From an uncultured Gammaproteobacteria bacterium (GTDB taxonomy: Bacteria; Pseudomonadota; Gammaproteobacteria; UBA9214), in assembly GCA_963773065.1 (NCBI GenBank), contig CAVYZN010000019.1:1-64000 (forward strand): a DNA stretch of 64,000 nucleotides. The letters run 5' to 3'. The notes beneath the pieces were generated by a model, which was not told the origin of the DNA, did no database searches, and saw nothing but the letters and a program-made list of their open reading frames with translations. Made by a program: the position numbers and the translations under genes. Numbering within the stretch: position 1 is the first letter of the stretch; the number at the start of each line of letters is the position of its first letter. Positions 24,819 through 35,558 of this stretch are shown here, piece by piece.

Positions 24819-25012
24819 TCGCCGGCGCGGGCGAAACCGCGGCCGTGCCGGAATGCCATTAAATACAGCTCGGATTTTTCACGCAAAGACGCAAAGAATC
24901 TTTAGCGCTAACGAGGCGTTGCGTGAAACATCTTTGTAGTGAGTGCCGCGGAATTCGGGTTCGCACAAACGCGTGCCTAACCAGCCTCAACGGAACACCA
25001 TGCAATCACTTT

Positions 25013-26251
25013 TCACTTCGTGGTTGCAGCCGGTGATATCCGCCGCAGGCGGAACAGCCCCTCGGTGGCGCCGCCGTCGCTGGTGAAATAGAGCGCGCCG
25101 TCGGGCCCGAAGGCGACGCCGACCGGGCGCGCCCAGCGCTCGCCATTATCGAGCTGGAACCCGCTGACCAGATCTTCCACACCCTGCGCCACGCCGTCGC
25201 GGAAGCGCACCCGCACCAGCTTGGGAGGTCGGCGCGTGGCGGGATTGCCGAACGCCCCACCGGATGGCCGCGTGCCCCAGGAGCCGTGCAGGGCGACCAC
25301 GGCATCGCCGGTGAATTGCGGATCGAGGGCGCCCGGCGGCACGAATGCCACGGCCATCGGCGCATTGCGCGCGGGAAAGGTTGCGACCGGGATGGCGACA
25401 TCGCTCTCCGGCCGCGGCGGCCGGCTCTTCACACACTCATCGCGGCGCAGCCGCTCCCCGTCGTACTGGAACCAGGGCATGCCGTGAAACGAGCCGGCAT
25501 CGAGACGGCTGAAGTATTCCGGCGGCTGCTCGTAGCCGTGGTGGTCCGGCCCGTTGTTGCTGGCATACATAACCCCGGTCTCCGGCTGCCAGTCGAAGCC
25601 GACCGGGTTGCGCAGACCGGAGGCGTAGGGTTCGAAACGCGGCGTCGCGCCGTCCTCGCGCAGCACCAGCACGCCGCCGCGCCGTTGATCGAACGGATAA
25701 TCGGCGCCCAGATACTCGTCGCTGCAATTCTGGCTGATGCCGAGGCTCACGTACACGCGCCCGTCCGGACCGATGCGCACGGTGCGGCTGTTGTGCCCGC
25801 CGTCAGGCGGCAATGCCGCCAGCAGGGTGAGCGTCTCCGGCGGAATGGCCGTTTGACCCGGCCGGTAGGGCGCGCGATAGAGGCCGTCGGTCTGCGCGAT
25901 CAGCATCTCGCCCTCGCGCAGCGCCACGCTGTGCGGGTAGTCGTTCAGGGTGATCAGCACCTCGGGATGCGTGTAGGGCGGCGCGAGCCGGTAGACCTTG
26001 CCGGATTTCGAGCCGATGAACAGATCACCGTTGGCGGCAAACGTCAGCAGACGCGGCCCATCCAGCTTCGCGGTCAGCAACTCGAGGGTATAACCCGACG
26101 GCAGAGTCACCCGCTGCCTGGCGCCGCCCTCGAGGATGAGTTCCTGTTGCCGGTACTCGAGCGCCGGGGCCGCGGCAACGTACAGGCCGCCGAGCAGGCA
26201 AGCGAGACGCGCCGTGTTGCCGAGTCGTCCGGTCGTGCTGAATACCCTCAT
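25013..26251 (-). CDS. Glucose/sorbosone dehydrogenase family beta-propeller (PQQ-dependent sugar dehydrogenase-like)
   Basis: Signal peptide, GLRNPVG, ALHGSW, ARPVGVAFGPDGALYFTSD. Confidence 0.85.
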   Translation of the reverse strand: MRVFSTTGRLGNTARLACLLGGLYVAAAPALEYRQQELILEGGARQRVTLPSGYTLELLTAKLDGPRLLTFAANGDLFIGSKSGKVYRLAPPYTHPEVLITLNDYPHSVALREGEMLIAQTDGLYRAPYRPGQTAIPPETLTLLAALPPDGGHNSRTVRIGPDGRVYVSLGISQNCSDEYLGADYPFDQRRGGVLVLREDGATPRFEPYASGLRNPVGFDWQPETGVMYASNNGPDHHGYEQPPEYFSRLDAGSFHGMPWFQYDGERLRRDECVKSRPPRPESDVAIPVATFPARNAPMAVAFVPPGALDPQFTGDAVVALHGSWGTRPSGGAFGNPATRRPPKLVRVRFRDGVAQGVEDLVSGFQLDNGERWARPVGVAFGPDGALYFTSDGGATEGLFRLRRISPAATTK

Positions 26252-26423
26252 GCGAAAACCCTCCCGGGTGGATAATTGACCCTGACTAGTATACCGGCCG
26301 GAACGGGCATTGCCGCATCGGGGTTTGTCCGTGATCGTCGCAACCGGAAACGTGGCTTGCTATGGCATGTCGGGAACTGTCATGCTAGAAATTGAATACA
26401 TCCCTCACGATCCGGAGCCCGCT

Positions 26424-27055
26424 ATGAAGCCCTTGCCGTTTCGCGCCAATCGCCCCCTGCAGGGCATGTTGCTCTGGCTGATCCTGCTCTGGGCGATCAC
26501 CGCGATCGATCCCTTCAACCGGCATGACTGGCTGCTCGAGAATCTGCTGGTCTTTATCTACGGATTCCTGCTGGTGATCAGCTACCGGCGCTTCGCCTTC
26601 TCCAACCTCTCCTATGGTCTGTTCACCGTGTTTATCAGCCTGCACCTGGTCGGCGCGCACTATACCTATTCCGAAACACCGTTCGGCTTCTGGCTCCAGG
26701 ACCTGTTCGACCTGGAACGCAATCACTACGACCGCATCGTGCACTTTTCCTTCGGCCTGCTGATCGCCTACCCGTTTCGCGAACTGCTGCTGCGCGCCAC
26801 GGGCATGCGCGCGGCATGGTCATACCTGCTCACCGTAACCGTCGTGCTGGCTTTCAGCAACTTCTATGAAATCATCGAGGCCATCGTCGCGGAAATCGTC
26901 AGTCCCGAACTGGGCTCCGCCTACCTCGGCACCCAGGGCGATACTTGGGATGCGCAGAAAGACGCTTCGTGGCCTTTCTCGGCAGCGTCATGGCCATGAC
27001 CGTCACCTGGTTGAGGGTACGCGGGCGGCGCGCCGCGGCCGGTGACACGTATTAA
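26424..27055 (+). CDS. DUF2238 (YjdF-like) membrane protein (frameshift near 3' end)
   Basis: DWLLEN, GAHYTYSETPFG, RNHYDRIVHFSFGL, LGTQGDTWDAQKD. Confidence 0.88.
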
Positions 27056-27278
27056 CGACGCGCCTGCGCAACACGCCAGCGCGTGTCTTGAACTGGCGGG
27101 ACTGTCGGTACGGGTAATATCGTGTATAAATAGCGCACCGGCTGACATCCAGAAAGTCACAATAAATGGGCATGCGAGACCTGACGACGATTCACGGAGA
27201 TACTGATTTCCGCGCCGCGACGGTGCCCGTGTCCGCACTTGGGCGGAGGGCACATCAGCGAGCCGCAGACCGTCTTTC

Positions 27279-29939
27279 ATGAACAAGATCAACATCATCA
27301 TCGCCGTGGCCATCACGGCGGTCACCATCAGCGTCTGGGCCTGGATCAACCGCCCGGACACCGAGCCGCCGTGGCCGCCGGTCATCCAGGGCTTCTCGTT
27401 CTCGCCCATGCGGGCCCACAACAACCCGCTGCTCGGCAGCTATCCAACCGTCCAGGAAATTGAGGAGGACCTGGTCTTGCTGAGGGGCAAGACCAACTCC
27501 GTGCGCACCTACACGCTGGAAGGAACGCTGGCAGAGATCCCGGCCCTGGCCGCCAAGCACGGCATCAACGTGGCACTGGGCGCGTGGCTCGATACCCGCC
27601 TCGATCACAACGACGCCGAGATCAAGCGGCTGCTAGAGATCGCACAAAAGCACCGGCGCAACGTGGTCCGGGTGATCGTCGGCAACGAGGCGGTGCTGCG
27701 CGGGGACATCCCGGTCGCCAAGTTGATCCAATACCTCGGCAAGGTGCGCGCCAAGGTGAAAATCCCAGTGAGCACCGCGGAGCCCTGGCACATCTGGAAG
27801 AAAAACCCGGAGCTGGTCAAGCACGTCGATTACCTCGCGGTGCACGTGCTGCCCTACTGGGAAGGCGTGCCCGTGCAGCGGGCGGTGGACTTCGTGGTCG
27901 AGCGCATCAATGAACTGCGGGTGATGTATCCCAACAAGCCGATCGTGATTACCGAGGTTGGCTGGCCCAGCAATGGACGCACGCGCCAGGGAGCGGTCGC
28001 CTCGGACGCGAATGAGGCGATCTTCCTGCGCCGCTTCATCCAACGGGCGGCGCAGGAAAATTACATTTACTACATCATGGAAGCCTTTGATCAACCTTGG
28101 AAAACGGCACGCCAGGCAGAAGGCGCCGTGGGCGCCTACTGGGGCGTGTTCGACGTCGAGAGGCAACCGAAATTCGCCTTTTCCGACCCCATTGTAGGAA
28201 TCCCCGGCTGGCCCAAGCTGGCCGGGATCTCCGTGCTGCTCGCCGCCATCACCTTTGCCCTGCTGCTGATCGACAGCAAGACCCTGACCAGCCACGGCCG
28301 CAGCTTTCTCGCCATCATCGCCTATGCCGCCGCCACGGCCGCGGTGTGGATCGTCTATGAATATACCCATCAATACCTGACCCTCAGCACCATCCTCACA
28401 GGGCTGCTGATGCTGGTCGGCATGATCGGGGTGATCGTGGTGCTGCTGATCGAGGCGCATGAGTGGGCCGAGGCGCTGTGGGTGCAGGAACGGCGGCGGC
28501 TGTTCAAGCCGCGGCCGATGGCCGATGCGGACCTGCCGATGGTCTCGATACATGTGCCAGCCTACAACGAGCCGCCGGAGATGCTGATTGAAACGCTCGA
28601 TACTCTCGCGCGGCTGAATTATCCCCGCTTCGAGGTCCTGCTCATCGACAACAATACCTGGGACCCCGCCGTCTGGAAGCCGGTCGAGGCGCACTGCCGG
28701 CGACTCGGCGAGCGCTTCCGCTTCTTTCACGTCGCCCCCCTCGCCGGCTTCAAGTCCGGGGCATTGAATTACGCGCTCGCGCACACGGCGGACGAGGCGC
28801 GGATCATCGCCGTCATCGACAGCGACTACAGCGTCGACCCGGACTGGCTGCGCGACCTGGTGCCCCGGTTCCAGCGGCCGCAGATCGCCATCGTGCAGGC
28901 GCCGCAGGATTACCGGGACGGCGGCGAGAACGCCTTCAAGGCGATGTGTTACGCGGAATATCGCGGCTTTTTCTTTATCGGCATGATCACCCGCAACGAG
29001 CGCAACGCGATCATCCAGCACGGCACCATGACCCTGGTTCGCAGGACGGTGCTGGCCGAGGTCGGCGGCTGGAGCGAATGGAGCATTACCGAGGATGCCG
29101 AACTCGGCCTGCGCATCTTCGAGAAGGGTTACGAGGCGACCTATTTCCCGAACAGCTACGGCAAGGGCCTCATACCCGACACGTTCATGAGCTACAAAAA
29201 CCAGCGCTTCCGCTGGGCGTATGGCGCCATGCAGATCATGCGCCGCCATGCGTCGAAATTGTTTGGCGGCGGCGCCAGCCGGCTGACCGCCGGTCAGCGC
29301 TATCACTTTCTGGCGGGGTGGCTGCCATGGATTGCCGACGGCGCGAACCTGGTGTTCAACCTGGCTGCGCTGGGCTGGTCACTGGGGATGATCACGATGC
29401 CGGTACGCTTCGACCCCCCGTTGATCATTCTTTCCGTCCTGCCGCTGGCGCTCTTCAGTTTCAAGATCGCGAAGGTGATCTACCTGTACCGGGGCGCCCG
29501 GGTGGTCGGAACCGCGTGGCAGACACTGGCCGCCATACTGGCGGGACTGGCGCTCTCGCACACTATCGCCAAGGCCATGCTGTTGGGGATGGTCACCAGC
29601 GGCAGGCCCTTTTTGCGCACACCCAAACGGGAACACAGCCTGGCGCTGGTGAAGGCCCTGGCGAGCGCGCGCGAAGAAAGCCTGTTCATGCTGGCATTGT
29701 GGGGCGCCGCCGCGGGTATCGTCATGAAGCACGGATCGGACAGCCTGGATCTCCTGCTCTGGATCATCGTCCTGATCGTGCAATCGATCCCCTACCTGGC
29801 GGCGTTGTTGATGTCCCTGATCAGCGGCCTGCCACGCATGCGCGCGAAACTGGTCTATGCGGATCATCCTGTCGCTACCGGGCAAGCACCGGCGGCGGTG
29901 AACGGCGATGCCGGCATGCCTTCGGCGCACCAGAAGTAA
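27279..29939 (+). CDS. NdvB-like glucan synthase: GH17 domain + GT2 glycosyltransferase
   Basis: IVGNEAV, HVLPYWEG, ITEVGWPS (GH17); PAYNEP, DSD, TED, QRFRW (processive GT2); multiple TMs. Confidence 0.9.
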   Translation: MNKINIIIAVAITAVTISVWAWINRPDTEPPWPPVIQGFSFSPMRAHNNPLLGSYPTVQEIEEDLVLLRGKTNSVRTYTLEGTLAEIPALAAKHGINVALGAWLDTRLDHNDAEIKRLLEIAQKHRRNVVRVIVGNEAVLRGDIPVAKLIQYLGKVRAKVKIPVSTAEPWHIWKKNPELVKHVDYLAVHVLPYWEGVPVQRAVDFVVERINELRVMYPNKPIVITEVGWPSNGRTRQGAVASDANEAIFLRRFIQRAAQENYIYYIMEAFDQPWKTARQAEGAVGAYWGVFDVERQPKFAFSDPIVGIPGWPKLAGISVLLAAITFALLLIDSKTLTSHGRSFLAIIAYAAATAAVWIVYEYTHQYLTLSTILTGLLMLVGMIGVIVVLLIEAHEWAEALWVQERRRLFKPRPMADADLPMVSIHVPAYNEPPEMLIETLDTLARLNYPRFEVLLIDNNTWDPAVWKPVEAHCRRLGERFRFFHVAPLAGFKSGALNYALAHTADEARIIAVIDSDYSVDPDWLRDLVPRFQRPQIAIVQAPQDYRDGGENAFKAMCYAEYRGFFFIGMITRNERNAIIQHGTMTLVRRTVLAEVGGWSEWSITEDAELGLRIFEKGYEATYFPNSYGKGLIPDTFMSYKNQRFRWAYGAMQIMRRHASKLFGGGASRLTAGQRYHFLAGWLPWIADGANLVFNLAALGWSLGMITMPVRFDPPLIILSVLPLALFSFKIAKVIYLYRGARVVGTAWQTLAAILAGLALSHTIAKAMLLGMVTSGRPFLRTPKREHSLALVKALASAREESLFMLALWGAAAGIVMKHGSDSLDLLLWIIVLIVQSIPYLAALLMSLISGLPRMRAKLVYADHPVATGQAPAAVNGDAGMPSAHQK

Positions 29940-30029
29940 CCGTCGCGGGCGGCTTCGCCTTCATTCACACCCTTCCCGATACGAAGCCGGCACTGACGCG
30001 GAGGCGGTCATCGGGCAAAATACCCTGCC

Positions 30030-31857
30030 GTGAATACTGACAGCCGCGAAGACGATCATCCGCCGCCGGCCGACCAGGCGCGCGAGCTGCTCGCGCGAGT
30101 CATCGCCAGGCTGGCGCAGCGCTACCGCGATGCCCCTCCGCCGTTGAGTACGGATGAGTTGGCCCGGCGCCTGGCGGCATTGCAGTTGGCCGACGCGGCG
30201 CTGCGCGATCTCGCCGCCCTGGACGGCCCGACCACGCGTCCGCTGCAGGTGGCCGTGATGGGGCCGACCCAGGTCGGCAAGAGCACCGTCGTCAACCTGC
30301 TGCTCGGCAAGCGCGTTGCCGAGGTGAGCCCGCTGGCAGGTTACACCATCCACCCGCAGGGTTTCGCCCTCAACCCGCGGGATGCGAGCCTGGCATGGAT
30401 CAAGCCCTTCTTCCCCGGCTGGGAATGCCGCGACGGCGCGGCGCTGACCCGCGACCGGCTCGACTGTTATGCCCTGCGTACCCTCGGCGGCGACACGGCC
30501 GGCATGGCTCCCGATACGGTGATCTGGGATACGCCCGACTTCGACTCCTTCAAGGCCCACAGCTATCAACGCGGCGTGCTGGAAGTCGCCGCCCTCGCCG
30601 ATGTGATCGTGCTGGTGGTGAGCAAGGAGAAGTACGCGGACCTGTCGGTGTGGAAAACCCTGCAGTTGCTGGAACCCCTGCGGCGGTCCCTGGTGGTGTG
30701 CCTGAACAAGACCAACGGAGACGCCCGGGAGCTGCTGGTAGCGGCGCTGCGGACCCGGCTCGCCGAACTGACGGCGGCGGCCGGCACCATCGATGTCATC
30801 GTCATACCCTACTGCCCCGACATCGATGCGTTCGCGGCCGCGGGCCGCCCGCCGGAGGCGGCCGAACTGCGCGCGGCGCTGCGCCGTGCGCTGGATGGCG
30901 TGGACCGCCGCGGGCGTGGCGCCGGCGTGGGGGCGCTGCTGCAACGCCACTGGACGGACTGGATGGCGCCGGTCACGATTGAACTGGCGGCGGCCGGAAT
31001 CTGGGAGCAATCCATCGACGCGGCCATCGGCCAGGCGCTGACAGCCTACCGGGATGAGTTCCTGGATCACCCGCAACGCTTCGACACCTTTCGCCTGGCC
31101 ATACTCGAACTCCTGCAACTGCTGGAATTGCCCGGTCTTGCCAAGTCCCTGACACGCATCCGCCAGGCGCTCACCTGGCCGGCCCGCCAGCTCTTCGATT
31201 CCCGGCGCATGAAGACCCTCACGGGGCGCCTGCGCGGCAAGGCGGCTGCATGACCTGCCCGGTGAGGAACTGATCCTGCGCGACCTGCTGGGGCAATTGC
31301 TCACCACGCTGTCGCGCGATGCCCTGCGCCGCGGCGCGCCGCAAGCGCCGGGCGCCGCATTCTGGCAGGCGCTCGGCCTGCGCCTCGCCGAACGGCAGGC
31401 GGACCTGACCGGACAATTCGCCGCGGCCGCCCACCGGCACCACCTCGACTTCCAACCGGAAATCGAGACCGCGGCTCACGAACTCTATGCCAACCTGCAG
31501 CAGAAACCCGCCCTGCTCAACACCCTGCGCGCGGCGCGCCTCACCACCGACGCCGCTGCCATCGTTCTGGCCCTGAAAACCGGGGGCGTGGGGCTGAATG
31601 ACCTGCTGTTCGCACCGGCGATGGTGTCGCTGACCTCCATGCTGACCGAGGGCGCCCTCGGGTCTTACATGACGCAGGTCGCCGGCCGGCTGAAGCAGGC
31701 CCAGTATGCCGCCGTAGAGCGGCGGCTATTCCACGGCCCGGTACGGGAGGCGTTAAGCGCGCTGGCCGAAAACCTCGAGGCGCCCGGCCTGTTCGGCATC
31801 TCGCGGCCGGAATACGCGGCGGCGGAGCAGGCGCTCAAGGCGTGGCGGCATGACTGA
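30030..31857 (+). CDS. Dynamin-like/TRAFAC GTPase 1 (frameshift near 31250)
   Basis: G1 GPTQVGKS, G3 DTPD, G4 NKTN; helical C-terminus with hydrophobic segment AAAIVLALKTGGVG. Confidence 0.8.
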
Positions 31858-33568
31858 GCGGATCTCCCAACTGCGCGAGCGGGTCGGCGCCTGGATCGCC
31901 CGCGCGCAGGCCATGGCCTGGCTCGGCGAGACGGAACTCAAGGCGCTGCAGCAGGTGGAACAGCGCACGCCGGCCGACCTGTTCACCCGGGCGCAGCCTG
32001 CCCGCCCCCTGGTCGTCGCCTTTTTCGGCGGCACCGGCGTGGGCAAGAGCAGCCTGCTCAACCGCCTCGCCGGACAAGCCATCGCCCGCGTCGGCGTGGA
32101 GCGCCCGACATCCCACGAGGTCACGGTCTATGTGCACGCGGCGGTGGAACTGGCCACCCTGGCGGAACACTTCTCCGTGAACCAGGTGCGCATCGCGCGG
32201 CATGCCGATGCGTCGCGGCGCGATGTCCTGTGGATCGACATGCCGGATATCGACAGCACCGAACAGCGCAACCGGGAACTGGCGTTTGCCTGGCTCCCCC
32301 ATGTCGACCTGCTGATCTACGTGGTCAGCCCCGAACGCTACCGCGACGACATCGGCTGGCGGGTATTGCACCGGCGCGGCCACCGCCATGGCTGGATGTT
32401 CGTCATGAATCACTGGGACGAGGGCGCGACCGAACAGCAGGCGGATCTGCTCGCGATACTGCACGAGGCCGGTTTTGCCGACCCGCTGGTGCTGCACACC
32501 TGTTGCGGCGGCGGAACGTGCCCGGATGACCAGTTCAACGAGTTGGAGGCCGCAATCCGGACCGTTCAGGCTCAGCATGGCCAGCAGGAACTCGAGCGGC
32601 TCGGACACCGTGCCCATTTGCAGGACGTGGCCGCGGTTCTGGAGGCGGCGCTGCGACGCCTCGGGGAGACGGCTGACTGGCGGGACATAGGGAGCGGTTT
32701 TCTGCGGGACTGGTCGCACGCGGCGGCGGCGATCGCGGACGGCATGATCTGGCCCATCCAGGAGATCGCCGCGGAATTCGCCAGCCGCGACGCCAGTCTG
32801 CTCACGCGCTTGCTGGGGGAACGCCATGACACGGCGGCAGCGGGAACGGAACGCTCGCGGGAAGCGCCGCCCGCGCCGCGCACGGCCAGGGAACGTGAGG
32901 CGGCAACCGCGCTCTGGGACCCCTGGGCGCAGGGCAAGCTGACCGAGGTCTGCGATACCCTGGAGATCGCCCTGCGGCGCAACGGGGTGGCCCCGCAACC
33001 GCTGCTCGCACGCCTGCAGCCGGTGACCGGCACCGCCAGTCAAACGGTTAATGAGGAACTGCAACAGTCATTGCGCCAGGGACTGGCACGTCCCGGCATG
33101 CCGTGGCAACGCGCCCTGCGCCGCATCACGGGCGCGGCGCTCAGTCTGCTGCCCATCGCGGCCCTGCTGTGGGTGTCATACCGGGTGATCACCGGTTTCC
33201 TGCAAGGCGCCGCCGGGCAGGCGGCCTATCTTGGCGCCGACTTCGCCATCAACAGCCTCCTGCTGGTGCTGGTCGCCTGGCTCCTGCCCTTATTGCTGCA
33301 CCGCCGCCTCAAGCCCTCCACGGAAGCGACGGTGATACGCGCGCTGCGCACGGGTCTCGGAGTGGGGCTGGAGGAACTCAACGTGAGGGCGGAGGCGGCG
33401 TTCGCGGCGACCAGCGCGGAACGCGGCGCGTTGCTGGTTGAGGCAAACAGGCTCCGCGATGATTTGGGTCGGTACAGCGGCGCGCCGCATCCCGCCCCCA
33501 GCGCGGCGGTCGCACGCCTGCTGGCGGTGCCGGATCACCCCGGATCTGCCAAACCGCGATCCATGTGA
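31850..33568 (+). CDS. Dynamin-like/TRAFAC GTPase 2 with two C-terminal TMs
   Basis: G1 GGTGVGKS, G2 RPTS, G3 DMPD, G4 NHWD; overlaps GTPase 1 by 8 bp. Confidence 0.82.
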   Translation: MTERISQLRERVGAWIARAQAMAWLGETELKALQQVEQRTPADLFTRAQPARPLVVAFFGGTGVGKSSLLNRLAGQAIARVGVERPTSHEVTVYVHAAVELATLAEHFSVNQVRIARHADASRRDVLWIDMPDIDSTEQRNRELAFAWLPHVDLLIYVVSPERYRDDIGWRVLHRRGHRHGWMFVMNHWDEGATEQQADLLAILHEAGFADPLVLHTCCGGGTCPDDQFNELEAAIRTVQAQHGQQELERLGHRAHLQDVAAVLEAALRRLGETADWRDIGSGFLRDWSHAAAAIADGMIWPIQEIAAEFASRDASLLTRLLGERHDTAAAGTERSREAPPAPRTAREREAATALWDPWAQGKLTEVCDTLEIALRRNGVAPQPLLARLQPVTGTASQTVNEELQQSLRQGLARPGMPWQRALRRITGAALSLLPIAALLWVSYRVITGFLQGAAGQAAYLGADFAINSLLLVLVAWLLPLLLHRRLKPSTEATVIRALRTGLGVGLEELNVRAEAAFAATSAERGALLVEANRLRDDLGRYSGAPHPAPSAAVARLLAVPDHPGSAKPRSM

Positions 33569-33645
33569 ATGGGATGCGGGTAGCGCGACACCTTGCACCC
33601 GGCTTCTTTTCACATGCGGAAAAATGTACTCTGGACCCGTTCATC

Positions 33646-34362
33646 ATGCGCCCTAATCGAATAACACCGAAGATCCTGCCAGTCGCACTCGTCGCGTGCT
33701 GCATCGGCCTGGCCCTGGTTCTCATGCCGATCTGGGCGCAGGAGCAAAGCGTCAATCCCGGCATCAACCGTAATTACGAGAACCCCGACTGGGCGCAGTG
33801 GGTTGCCGCCTTCGAGAATGAAGGCCGCGAAGTCTACGCGCGGCGTCAGGCCATCGTCGACGCCACCGGTGTCCGTCCGGGCATGGCTGTGGCGGATATC
33901 GGCGCCGGCACCGGCCTGTTCACGCGGCTGTTTGCCGCCCGTGTGGCGCCCGCCGGCAAGGTCTATGCCGTGGACATTTCGGCCACCTTTATCGAGAACA
34001 TCCTGCGCACCTGCCGCGAACAGGGACTCGGCAATGTGGAAGGCATCGTCAACACATCCCGGGACGTCACCCTGCCGGATGCCTCAATCGACCTGGCTTT
34101 CATCACCGACACCTACCACCACTTCGAGTATCCCGCGAGTATGCTGGCCTCCATCCGCCGCGCGCTGCGCACGGACGGCGAGCTGGTCATCATCGATTTC
34201 CGGCGTGACCCCCGTGTCAGTCCGCCATGGATCATGGGCCATGTGCGCGCCGGCAAAGACACCGTGATCCGGGAGGTGCAGGCGGCCGGCTACGATTTCG
34301 TGGAAGAGAAACCCGTGCTGCGCAGCAATTACTTTCTGGTGTTTAAAAAGACTGGTCAGTGA
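33646..34362 (+). CDS. Class I SAM-dependent methyltransferase with N-terminal signal/anchor
   Basis: VADIGAGTG, VYAVDI, DTYHHFEYP. Confidence 0.88.
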   Translation: MRPNRITPKILPVALVACCIGLALVLMPIWAQEQSVNPGINRNYENPDWAQWVAAFENEGREVYARRQAIVDATGVRPGMAVADIGAGTGLFTRLFAARVAPAGKVYAVDISATFIENILRTCREQGLGNVEGIVNTSRDVTLPDASIDLAFITDTYHHFEYPASMLASIRRALRTDGELVIIDFRRDPRVSPPWIMGHVRAGKDTVIREVQAAGYDFVEEKPVLRSNYFLVFKKTGQ

Positions 34363-34479
34363 ACCGCCCTGAACCTTCGACCGTTAAATGAAAAACTATC
34401 AGACAACTACTTACATTACATATCACGGAAGACCGATTAAGTCATACGGCCTGAGCCCGCCTCTGGAGCGACACGACGC

Positions 34480-34857
34480 ATGAACGCTATCGAACAGAAA
34501 AACGTATTGGGAGAACCGCTGGAAACCTGTTCACTGCGACCGCTGACCGGCTATACCCGCACCGGCTCCTGCGAAACCGGGCCACGGGATCCGGGCGTGC
34601 ACACCGTGTGCGCCAATGTGACGCAGGCCTTTCTGGATTACAGCCGGACTCATGGCAATGATCTGGTCACGCCCATGCCGGAATTCGGGTTTCCCGGCCT
34701 CAAGCCCGGTGACCGCTGGTGCCTGTGCACGGCGCGCTGGAAAGAGGCATTTGCGGCCGGTTGCGCACCTCATGTCTGCCTGCGCGCCACCCACGCGCGG
34801 ACACTCGAGGTGGTTGCGCTGGCCGATCTGAAGGCGCATGCCATCGACCTGAGCTAA
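34480..34857 (+). CDS. DUF2237 family protein
   Basis: NVLGEPLETCS, GNDLVTP, FPGLKPGDRWCLC. Confidence 0.92.
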   Translation: MNAIEQKNVLGEPLETCSLRPLTGYTRTGSCETGPRDPGVHTVCANVTQAFLDYSRTHGNDLVTPMPEFGFPGLKPGDRWCLCTARWKEAFAAGCAPHVCLRATHARTLEVVALADLKAHAIDLS

Positions 34858-34890
34858 GGCGCGTACCCCGCGCGGCGGAATTGTGATTGG

Positions 34891-35106
34891 GTGATGGACA
34901 TCTCGAAATTGGGTTTCTGGGCCATGATTCTCTGCTGGCTGTCGGCGATAGGCGGCATTGCACTGGCCATCCTCTGGGCCGCTTCGAAAAGCCAGCATCC
35001 GGTTGACGACGAATTACTGGTCAAGTCCCTGCAACTGCGCCTGAAGGCCGGCGAGCTCAACCAGGAGGAGTACGAGAAAAAGCTTGCTGACCTGCATCGG
35101 GAATGA
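34891..35106 (+). CDS. Small SHOCT-domain membrane protein
   Basis: TM followed by LRLKAGELNQEEYEKK. Confidence 0.7.
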   Translation: MMDISKLGFWAMILCWLSAIGGIALAILWAASKSQHPVDDELLVKSLQLRLKAGELNQEEYEKKLADLHRE

Positions 35107-35151
35107 CCTCGCCGAGTGGACCCTGCCTCGCAGGGGAAGCTACCGCCGGAA

Positions 35152-35373
35152 TCATTGCAGGTTCCGGCTCCGCAGGGCAGTGTAGGTGGCATGGCTGGGG
35201 AAGATCCGGCACTGCAACCCGAGTACCAGCGTATTGATCTGCCAGAATTCCGGAAACAGCACCCAGTCAGCCGACCGGAGCAACGGCAGATGCCGGAGAA
35301 AAAGTTCCGGCTTGATGTAGGTGGCGCCGGGCAGTTTCAGCGTGCGCAGCGCATCGAAAGTAACCAGTTTCAT
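35152..35373 (-). pseudogene. N-terminal fragment of a RimK-like ATP-grasp protein
   Basis: MKLVTFDALRTL...YIKPE...ADWVLFPEFWQINTLVLGLQCRIFPS, then abrupt end. Confidence 0.6.
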
Positions 35374-35558
35374 ACCCAAAACAACGGTTGCCGGACACGC
35401 GCGGATTTTACCCGGCGGTGACGTACACGCGAAGCTACGCCTGCGGTGTGGCTCTCTACCCTTCGGTTTCTCAACAATCGCCGCCGGCAAGGTTGGTGCG
35501 GTTCGGCAGCCTGTGTATAGTTAGCGCCACTGTCAGCACCTACCCAGCGGACTCGATC

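Noticed and set aside
24878-24928. TTTCACGCAA...TTGCGTGAAA inverted repeat as a mobile element
   Set aside because: Single short copy between convergent genes; cannot be told apart from a terminator or worn REP-like repeat
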